Assembly: GCA_021789915.1 (NCBI GenBank) | Contig: JAJYIV010000001.1 | Span: 375 to 64,374, forward strand | DNA from: a bacterium | GTDB taxonomy: Bacteria; Patescibacteriota; Patescibacteriia; UBA9934; GWF2-40-263 | Direction: 5' to 3' | DNA length: 64,000 nucleotides | Shown here: positions 53,053-62,300 of the stretch, in pieces | Layout: each line of letters starts with the position of its first letter | Position numbering within the stretch: position 1 is the first letter of the stretch | Notes under the pieces: generated by a model | What the model was told of the DNA's origin: nothing | The model's database searches: none | Seen by the model: only the letters and a program-made list of their open reading frames with translations | Translations under genes and position numbers: made by a program

Positions 53053-54066
53053 CTAACCCATCGTCAACAGCAGTTTGTTCTCCCGCACGTATTCCACGGT
53101 TTTGCGCAGGCCGTCTTCCAGCCGCACCAGCGGCAGCCAGCCCAAATCCTTGGCCCGGCCGATGCGCGGCGCCGGAAGCTCCGAGAGGAACAGCAGGTCG
53201 GCGCCCGCCACGATTTTGGAAGACGAGCCGACCAGGGCGATCACTTCCCTGGCGACGTCGGAGATGTTCACTTCGGCGTCATGGCCGAAATTGACGACGT
53301 CGGGCGCCTGCGGCGCGGCCATCAGCCGGACGAGGCCGTCCACGACGTCATCCACGTACACGAGCGACGTGCGGAGTTCCCCGTTCCCGTAAATCACGAG
53401 GTCCTTGTTTTCCATCGCGTTCAGCACGAAATCCGGGATGAGCTGGCCGTCGAACAGCGGCAGGCGCGGGCCGTAGGTGCGGAAGACGCGCGCGATGCGC
53501 ACGTCCAGCCGATGGACCTGGCGGTACGTGGCGCACATCGTCTCCGCGAAGCGCTTGCCCTCGTCGTAGCAGGCGCGCGGCGACAGCTGGTCGACGGCGC
53601 CGAACTGCGTCTCTTCGACGAACGGGTCGTCGGCGCGGCGCGGGCCGTACACGACGGAGCTCGAGGTGAAGACGACCCTGGCGCGGTACCGGCGCGCGAT
53701 CTCCAGCGGAACGTACATCCCGAGGGCGTTGGCCAGCAGCGTCTGCATGCGGAACTGGTCGAATCCCGCGATCGACATGGGGCAGGCCAGGTGATAGATC
53801 TCCTGCACGCCCTGGAACGGGATTTTGAAGGCGGCGAGCTCCGCGAAGGATTCCAGATCGAGCGGCTGCGTCACATCCGCGCGCAGGAATTGGAAATCGG
53901 GATTGGACAGCAGCGCCTCGATGTTGCGCTCGTGGCCGGTGGAGAAATTGTCCACGCAGATCACGCGATGGCCATCGCGCAGCAGGCGCTCGCACAGGTG
54001 CGAACCGATGAATCCGGCCCCGCCGGTCACGAGGACGTTCTTTTTTTCGAAGATGGGATCGGGCAT
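53053..54066 (-). CDS. UDP-glucuronate decarboxylase/UDP-xylose synthase-like NAD-dependent epimerase-dehydratase
   Basis: VLVTGGAGFIGSHL, YxxxK, and the overall UXS pattern (VICVDNFSTG, NIEAL). Confidence 0.85.
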   Translation of the reverse strand: MPDPIFEKKNVLVTGGAGFIGSHLCERLLRDGHRVICVDNFSTGHERNIEALLSNPDFQFLRADVTQPLDLESFAELAAFKIPFQGVQEIYHLACPMSIAGFDQFRMQTLLANALGMYVPLEIARRYRARVVFTSSSVVYGPRRADDPFVEETQFGAVDQLSPRACYDEGKRFAETMCATYRQVHRLDVRIARVFRTYGPRLPLFDGQLIPDFVLNAMENKDLVIYGNGELRTSLVYVDDVVDGLVRLMAAPQAPDVVNFGHDAEVNISDVAREVIALVGSSSKIVAGADLLFLSELPAPRIGRAKDLGWLPLVRLEDGLRKTVEYVRENKLLLTMG

Positions 54067-54189
54067 ACGTGTGCATTGTACGCCATTGGGTCCGATCGCT
54101 GTAGGGGCTGGCCCCCGTGCCCGCCCGCCGTATCGCGGGCACCCACAGGGAGTTGCCCCCTACGGGGGCGGCGCATCCGACCCATTCCT

Positions 54190-56064
54190 TCATCCTCCTA
54201 CCAGCACCTGCCGGCTGAAGACGTCGTCGCTTTGCGCCGACAGCGGCAGGCCTTCGGGCAGCGTCTCCCAGGAGCCGGCGAGCATGCGCACGAACAAGCG
54301 TTCGAAATGGTTCGCCGCGAGATCCGTCACGCGCCGCCGCGTTCCCCGGTCGACGTACCAGGCGTCGGTCGATCCCGGCGCTTCCATGAGCGCCCCGGAC
54401 GGCCAGGATGAGGAAAGCGCGGCCTGGTCGATATCCGGCCCCTGGCGGAACTTGGTGAAATAGGTCGGCTCGACGTCGATGACGCGCGACGCCCAATCGG
54501 GCCCTCCCAGCGCGCGCGCCGCCGCTTCGTCCTTGATCCAGCGCAGCGTATAACCGTCGGGCGAGACGAAATACGTCCTCGGGTCGCTGGCGATCTTTAC
54601 CCAGTACGTGCCGGGCCGTACGAGGACGGGAGCGCCCAACGGAATCGCCGCCATGTCGGAAGGCGGAATCGTCCTCACGCTGGAAAAATCAGGGAACCAG
54701 CTGCGGAAGATGACGGCGTTCGGGAACGGATGGCGCTTGCCGTCCAGGCCGACGATATAGACCGTCGGCAAGGCGGCAAGGCGGATCAAGGAATCGACGG
54801 GAGCCGACGCAGGCAAAGCGGCATTGGCGGCCGCGCGGTCGTACGCGGACGGCGAGGATTCCCCTCCTGCCAAGCCTGTCCTGAGCGAAGTCGAAGGAGG
54901 GGGGCTGCCTGCTGGCCGCCCGTTGACAGGCGGGGGGGTCTGCATCGCGACCGGCACGGCGGCGCCCGTGTGGTCGAAGGAGCCCGCGATCTGCAGCGCC
55001 CGCCCGACATTCAGCCGGCCCGCGCCGACGGCGCCGACGGGTGCGCCGCCCGTCGACGTGATCGGATCCGCCGACAGCTGCAGGATGGTGCGGATCTGGT
55101 CCGGCGTGAGCGTCGGGTGGACGGAAAGCAGCAGGGCGGCCGCGCCGGAAACCAGCGGCGCGGCGAAGGACGTGCCGGACCAGCCGTCGTCGTACGGCTT
55201 GGTGAAATCGCCGTATTGCGGCCGGTAAAGCTCCGTGCTGAAGACGTCCGTCCCCGGCGCCGCGATGTCCACGCATCCGCCGCCGTAGTTGGAGAAGCTC
55301 GCGCGCGCGTCATTCGCATCCGTCGCGGCGACGCCGATGACCGGCCGGACGCCGTTGGCGTTGAAACAGGCCGGGTAATCCGGCGCCTGCGACAGGTCCG
55401 TTCCCCCGTCGGCATTCCCGACGGCCGCGACGACCACCACTCCTTGCCGATAGGCCCGCTCGATTTCCGTTTCGAGGTCCGGATCCAGGCTGGTGCCGCT
55501 GAAACTCAGGTTGATGACGCGGGCGCCGTGGTCGACGGCGTAGCGGATGGCCGGCACCACGTTGGCGCTGTCCCCGCGCCCGAAGGCGTCCACGATGCGC
55601 AGCGGCATGATTTGGACGCCGAAAGCCAGTCCGGCGATGCCCTGGGCGTTGTCGGCCGTCGCGGCGATTTCGCCGGCGATGATGGTTCCGTGGTCGGCGC
55701 CGTCCGGCAGCCAGCCCTGCGACAGGTCCGGCTCCGGGTCATTGGTGTTTTCCACGAAGTCCCAGCCGTGCACGTCGTCCACGTAGCCGTCATGGTCGTC
55801 GTCGATGCCGTTGCCGGGAATCTCCCCGGGATTCGTCCAGATATGATCCTTGAGGTCGGGATGCGAGAGGTCCACGCCGGAATCCAGGATGGCAACGATG
55901 ACGCTCGAGGAGCCGCGCGCATAGTCCCAGGCCGCGGGAGCGCCGACGCGCGCCAAGTAATCCTGCTTGGCGAAGTCAGGATCGTTCGGGACATAGGCCA
56001 GGGCCGTGAGCGGGATGAACCACGCGGCGAGCAGGGCGGCGATCAGGCGTTTCATGCGACGCAT
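54190..56064 (-). CDS. secreted S8 subtilisin-like serine protease with C-terminal extension and in-frame R2/R3 composite insertion
   Basis: Signal peptide MKRLIAALLAAWFIPLTALA. Catalytic triad motifs (AILDSGVD, HGT, GTSFAAP). Confidence 0.85.
   Translation of the reverse strand: MRRMKRLIAALLAAWFIPLTALAYVPNDPDFAKQDYLARVGAPAAWDYARGSSSVIVAILDSGVDLSHPDLKDHIWTNPGEIPGNGIDDDHDGYVDDVHGWDFVENTNDPEPDLSQGWLPDGADHGTIIAGEIAATADNAQGIAGLAFGVQIMPLRIVDAFGRGDSANVVPAIRYAVDHGARVINLSFSGTSLDPDLETEIERAYRQGVVVVAAVGNADGGTDLSQAPDYPACFNANGVRPVIGVAATDANDARASFSNYGGGCVDIAAPGTDVFSTELYRPQYGDFTKPYDDGWSGTSFAAPLVSGAAALLLSVHPTLTPDQIRTILQLSADPITSTGGAPVGAVGAGRLNVGRALQIAGSFDHTGAAVPVAMQTPPPVNGRPAGSPPPSTSLRTGLAGGESSPSAYDRAAANAALPASAPVDSLIRLAALPTVYIVGLDGKRHPFPNAVIFRSWFPDFSSVRTIPPSDMAAIPLGAPVLVRPGTYWVKIASDPRTYFVSPDGYTLRWIKDEAAARALGGPDWASRVIDVEPTYFTKFRQGPDIDQAALSSSWPSGALMEAPGSTDAWYVDRGTRRRVTDLAANHFERLFVRMLAGSWETLPEGLPLSAQSDDVFSRQVLVGG
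54861..54950. repeat. composite R2-fragment/R3 element inserted in frame in the subtilase
   Basis: CTGTCCTGAGCGAAGTCGAAGG (R2-like) joined to GAGGGGGGCTGCC..GGCGGGGGGGTCTGC (R3). Confidence 0.6.
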
Positions 56065-56099
56065 TGTAACACACGGGGAGGCTGCGGCGCGGATTCGCA

Positions 56100-56330
56100 C
56101 GCAGGACTCCCCCTTGCCTCTCCTTGCCAAGTCGGAACTCCCCCTAACCCCCTCTTGAAAAGAGGGGGTGCGCGTTCCGGACCGCGCCATTCCCCTCTTA
56201 CGAAGAGAGGGTGCGCGGGTTCCCATGATCCATCCCCCTCTCTCGGAGAGAGAGTCCGGGGGAGTTCCGGCAAGAAACGAAAAACACGGAGCCCGCTGGA
56301 GAACGGACCCCGTGTTTTCATATTCTCGAA
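56100..56330. repeat. tandem hairpin repeats between the subtilase and giant-protein genes
   Basis: Three related hairpins (CCCCTCTTGAAAAGAGGGGGTGCGCG, CCCCTCTTACGAAGAGAGGGTGCGCGG, CCCCCTCTCTCGGAGAGAGAGTCCGGGGG) plus AAAACACGG..CCGTGTTTTC. Confidence 0.55.
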
Positions 56331-56331
56331 C

Positions 56332-59300
56332 CTACGATTTCGGATTCAAGGCCGTGCGCGTGGCCGCGTCCAGCGCGCCCGTGACGGGCAGCCGCCAGCC
56401 GGCCTGCAATGCCTTCAGCGCGGCGCGGGTCGCCCCGCCGAAGTAGCCGTAGGCGATGCCCTTCGGGATCGTGAGCAGATGCTTGGCGACCAGGAATTGC
56501 TGCAGGGCCGTCACGTCGTCGCCCTTCGAGCCGACCGCAAGGTTCTTGAGATACGCGTGGACGGCTTTGGCGACGGGCGAGGCCGGAGGAGCCGCGGGAG
56601 CGGCGGCAGCTGCCTTCGGATTCAAGGCCGTGCGCGTGGCCGCGTCCAGCGCGCCCGTGACGGGCAGCCGCCAGCCGGCCTGCAATGCCTTCAATGCGTC
56701 GCGCGTCAGCGCGCCGAAGCGGCCGAAGGCCACGCCCTTGGGCATCTTGAGCAGGCCCTTGGCGACCAGGAATTGCTGCAGGGCCGTCACGTCATCGCCG
56801 GTGGAACCGACCGCCAGGTTCTTCAGATACGCGTGAAGCGCCTTGGCGACGGGCTGCGCCGGCGTGGCCGGGGTGGCCGGGGTCGCAGGCGTGGCCGGCG
56901 TCGTCGATGTGGCGGGCGTGGCCGGGGTTGCAGGGGTTGCCGGCGTCGCGGGCGTTGTCGCCGCTGCTGCAGCGACGATGGAGAAGACGCCCGAGATGCC
57001 CGTCGCCTGCGTCACGCCGCTCGCATCGCGGCACTCGATTTTCACCCGGGCCGACGACGTCGCCGCGCTCGGCACCGTCCACGCATAGGATCCCGTATTC
57101 GCCACGCCGGCGGACGCGATGAGCGTGTAGGCGCTGCCGTCCGCCGAGTAGGAGAGCAGGACATCGTGGATGTCCGAGCCGGAGGACGTCCAGACGATGG
57201 ATTGGGCGGCGCCTTCCGTGAGCGAAGCGCCCGCGGCCGGCATGCTTACCGTGCAGGAATCCGTCGCCGGCGCGACATACCCGCCGCCGCCTCCGCTCGC
57301 GCCGCCGGAAGACGGCGTCCGCACGGACGCGGAAGCCGATGCGGCGGATTCGGCGCTGCCGTTCATCGAGGTGATCTCGTAGTAGTACGTCGTGCCGCCC
57401 ACGACCGTCGTGTCCGCGTAGGTCGTCGTCGCGCCGGAAGAAACAGTGGGCTCGCTGCCGACACGGCTGAAGGTCCCCGTGGGGGACGTGCTGCGGTAGA
57501 TGTCGTAGCCGGAGGCGCCGGTGATGGCTCCCCACGAGAGGTTCACCTGCGTGGAGCCGGTCGTCGTCGGCGTGGCAAGGGTCGGCGCCGAAAGAGACCC
57601 CGTGTCGCCGCTGGTCGGCGCATACGTCGACAAGTGGTCGGTGACGGCCGCGATGGTGATGGAGCCGACATTCCCCAGGTTGGCATCCACCGTCTTGCCG
57701 GAGCTGCCGTCCAGGATGCCGCCGCTCGCGTCCTTGTAGATCACGGCCGACGGGAGCGTCGTCCAGTCGCCGCTGGCGTCGTCCTGATACGACATCTTCA
57801 AGGCATCGGCCGCCGTCTTCGTATTGATGCCGGAAGCGGAAAGATCCGACGACGTGAACGTCTTCTCGACGGTGCCGGTGCCGCTCGGCATGGCGTCGAG
57901 CGAATTGTTGTCCGAATCCTTGGCGGTGATGTCCACGGCGGAAGGCACGGTGGAGCTGCCGATCGCCGACTTCAGCACGGTGGCCGTGCCCGTGGAGAGG
58001 ACGCCGCTCGTCTCGTCGCTCTTCACGCTGCCGCTCGACGTCGAGGAGCCGTAGGCGCCGCCGTTGATGACGAGGCTCGCGTCCGCCGAAGCGTCCTTGA
58101 GGACGCCGCCGGAAGCGGGCGCGAACGGCATGGAGGCGGGCGACGTCGCCGAGACGGTCGAGGAGAGGGTGACGGTATTGCCCGTTGCGGAGGGCGCGCT
58201 GCCGGACGTCGTGACCAGGCTGGAAAGCGCCGAGGATTGGTAGCCGTCCGCCGATCCGGAAACCTTCCACGTGCCGTCGGTCACGTGCAGCGTGTAGGCG
58301 CCGGTGGAATCGGTCTGCGCGCTGACGAATCCGCCGCCCAACTTGCTCGCCTGCACGGTGGCGTTCGCGATCGGATTGCCGGAACCGTCAACTGCCGTCC
58401 CCGAAATGGTGTCCGAGGCGATCGGCAGAGTCACACCCAAGGTCGGATTCTCCGCGCTGGTCTTATGCGTCGCGTCGACCGTGACGGACGCGGGAGCGAA
58501 GGCATAGCCCGGCTTGGTGACCGCCATCGTGTACGTCCCGTCTGCCAGATTGGCGGCGTAATTGCCGGAGGCGTCGGTCTGCACGTCCGTGCGGACGCCG
58601 TCGGACGCCGTGAAGGCCACCTGTGCATTCGACACGGCGGCCGGCGTTCCCGCATTGTCATCCACCGTTCCGCTGACGCTCTCAACGCTTGCAGGCGTCG
58701 TCAGCGTCAAGGAGATAGGGCTGCTGGCGACGGTGAGGAGGCCCGCCGCATACCCGCTGCCGCTGAAATCAGACGCGGCGACGGTCATGCCGGGAATGTC
58801 CGCCTGCACGAGATAGGTGCCGGCGGGCAGCGACGTCGTGAAGGTGTTGTTGCCGGACGTCACGTCCTTCAGCCGGAGGAAGGACTGCTGCGCGGCGCCG
58901 CTGCCGCTCGAGACGAAGCTCACCAGGCCGCTCGGGACCTTCGTGATGCCGGTGAGGGCGATCGTGAGCGTAACCGTCACGGCCCCGCTGCCGGAGACCG
59001 CGAAGTTCTTGCCGGACTGATCCGCCGACGCGTCGAAGGCGGCGAGCGGCGGGAGCTGGCCGACGCCCGGCAGGGTGGCCGTCAGAGTGTAGCAGTTCGT
59101 TCCGGAGGTCGTGCAGGCCGGCGCCTTGAAGGAATAGTTGCCGCTGCTGTCCGTTGCCGCCTGGTTGAACGTGCCGTTCGTGCCGACCAGCGAAACGAAC
59201 GCGCCCGGGACGGCGGAGCCGTTCGTCACGGATCCGGAGATCGTCACGAACGTTCCGGTGCCCGTCTGGGACGGAGCGAAATTGACGCCCGTCTGGCCCG

Positions 59301-62300
59301 AGGATCCGGAGGCGATCGTCACCGTCTGCTCGGCGAGCTGGCCGTATTGCGGCAGGAAGGAGCCGACGTTCCAGGTGCCCGCGGCGACGTAGAGCGTGTA
59401 GGCGCCCGTGGAATCGGTCTGCGCGCTGGCGCCGCCCGGCGCGTCCGTGCGGTAGGCGTACACCGTGGCTCCGCTGATGACGTTGGTGCCGTCCGTCACC
59501 TTGCCGGAGATGCTGGAAGACGGTTTGGCGATGGTGAGGGTCATGGCGGAGAAGGCCGGCGTGACGGCCGAAGCGCCGTTGATGGCGTCATTGCCGCTGC
59601 CGTCCACGACGACCGGCACGATCTGCGAAGGCGGCGCGCCGGCGAAGGAGGCGCCCACCATGAAGCTGCCCGCGGCGACGTTCAGCGTGAACGTGCCGTC
59701 GGTCGCGCTCGTCGTGTGCGTGCCCGTCCCGCCCTGCGGCGAGAAGGCGAACACGTCGGCGTTCGCCACGACCTTGGACGTGCCGGTCGTCCCGTCCTTC
59801 ACGGTGCCCTTGATCGTCTTGAGCGACGAGCCGGACGTCAGCGAAACCGCCAAGGAACCGCAGGCCGTGGCCGTGCCGTTCACCGTGCACGCGGGAGAGG
59901 CCGTGTGGTCAATCACCAGCTCCTGCGGCTTCGGCGGGAGGAAATCCATGACCGGCGCCGGCCCGAACTGGTTTCCGGCGTTCATGTGCGGCCCGACGCC
60001 CAGGTGCCAGCGTCCGTCCGTGAGATTCAGCGTGGCCGACCCGGCGCCGCTGCCGTTCAGCGGCACCTCTTTGAGGCGGAACCCTTGGGTGTTGGACGCA
60101 TTGGCGAACACGTCAAGGTCGCCGCTGTCCGGTCCGCCCGATACGGCCACCGTCACGCTCGTGCCGCCGCTCATGGACGCAAGCGTGTAGGTTTTCGTCA
60201 CGTCGCTCCCGTTGATGTTGACGTGGTCCGGGAACGTCAGGCCGACATAGGAGTTGCTGCCGGAGGTGACGGTCTGGTCGGTGGAGATGAAGTAGTCCCC
60301 CGGCGGAAGCGTGTTGAACGTGTACGACGCGGTGCCGCTCGAGAACGCCGGAGACGCGCTGAACGAGCCCGCCTGCGGAGAATTGAGGTAGACGTTCATC
60401 GTGTCGCCGTCGGCGGCGCCGGCGGCGGCGAAGCTCACGGTCAGGTTTTTGGAACCGGTCGTGGGCTGGATGTAGAACGGCGAGGACGTCAGGGACTCGA
60501 GCACGGTCGAGCCGTTCATCGTCTTGATGTCCACGGTGTAGCCGGAGGAGTTCACGTCCGCCGGCACGCTGGTGTTCTTGATGCCGGCGATATCGATCGA
60601 CAGGAAATCGTGCCCGTCGGATCCGTTCAAAGCCGTCGCGCCGGAAAGGTTCACGGTGACGGTGCGGGACGCGACGTTCACGGTGACGCCGTCATGGGCA
60701 GCGCCTCCCTGCGTGGCGGCCGCTGAATCCTCTGCGACGGACGTCCCGCCGCAGGACGCTCCGGTCGGAGCGCTCGCGGACGTGCACTTGAACGTCACCG
60801 TGCCGCCGGCCGGCCCGTCCAAATCCTTCCGCATCGGGCTGTTCACGTCCTGCTTGGCGCCCGAGACGTCGAAGCCCGCCGGGAACGTGAGGACGACGGT
60901 GCCGCCGTCGGGAATCTGCTGGGAGATCGGCAGCCGGACGCCGTAGATGGTGGTCTGCCCGGGCAGCGTGTTGAACGGCTTGACGTCCACCGGCGGGGCG
61001 AAGCCGAACGTGCCGGACGAGAAGTTCTGCGGCACGAAGGCGCCCGCCATCTGCTGATTGGTCGCCATGCCGCCGCCGAAGGCGGGCCCGAGCACGCCCT
61101 TGGTGGTTCCGCTGGCCTGAATGGGCGCGACGCCGACGTTGGACGAACCGATGGCATTGCCCGACACGTCCTTGACGCCCGTGACCGTTACGGAAATCTT
61201 CTGGCCGTCCAGCGCGGATGCGCTGAGGCCGTTGTAGCCCGCGATGCTGGCCGTCATCGACATCGGATCATACGTGACCACCGCCGTCGTCGGAATCGAG
61301 ATCGGGGTTCCCGTTCCGTCCGCGCCGTAGGTCAGCGCGTAGTTCCCCGCCTTGAGGACGCTCGCGCCGAAATTCGTCGTGTCCGTCGCCTGCGCGGCGT
61401 TCATCGGCTTGGAGAACGTGACGGCGAGATTGTAGTCGTCGGCGCCGACGAATTTCACCGCGGGCGCGGACGTGTCCGCGTCGCCCGTCGTGAAGCTGCG
61501 CGTCTGCGCCGCGATCGCCTGGCCGTTCAGCGCCGTGACGCCGGCGCCGACATTGAGCGTGTAGGTGGTGTTCGGACTGAGCGCGGAAAGCGGGAATATG
61601 TAGGCCTGCTGCTCCGTCGGATGGTACTCGACCTTCGCGTTCACGACGGAGGAGCCGATCGAGAGGTACAGGCTGCTCGACGTGATCGTCGAGGCGTCCA
61701 TGCTTTCGCTGAATCCGACGTTGACGGCCGGCAGCAGGACGGGCACGCCCGTCGCGCCGTTGTCGGGATAGGAGCCGACGATGGTCGGCGCCGCGGTGCT
61801 GCTCGTGTCGGACGTCGTGAAGTCCGACGTATAGACGACGTTCGACGCCGTATTGGCCAGCGCCATGCCGTTGGCCGCCAGCGCGCCGCCGAGGATCTTG
61901 ACGCGATAATGCGTGTTGCTCGACAGAGGGCTGAACGTGACGACCGCGTTCTTCTTGGAAGCATCGAGCGTCGCCGAAACGACTCCGTTCGTCACGCTCG
62001 TTTCCGCGCCGGAAGCGACGGTGAAGAGCTGCACGTTGCTCTTCAAGGAGTAGGAGCCGGCATCATCCGCCATCAGATCCGAGAAGTTGATGACGGCGTT
62101 CGTGTTTTTCGGCACGCCCAGGGAGCCGGAGGACGGCGTCAGGCCCGTGACGAACGGTGCCGTGTACGCGCCCTGCCCGTACGTACCGACGGTCGTCCCG
62201 CCGCTTGTGAAGGTGCCGTCCGAGTTGAACGTGGCGCCGCCGCCGCCGGTGCCGCTGAACATGTTCACGGAGGAGCCCGTCGTGAAGCCGAAGGCGTACG

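Noticed and set aside
54730-60726. 1998-aa + strand ORF
   Set aside because: Antisense to the subtilase and the giant surface-protein gene. Extreme Arg/Gly/Asp composition, an artefact of the high-GC Thr/Ser/Gly-coding opposite strand.
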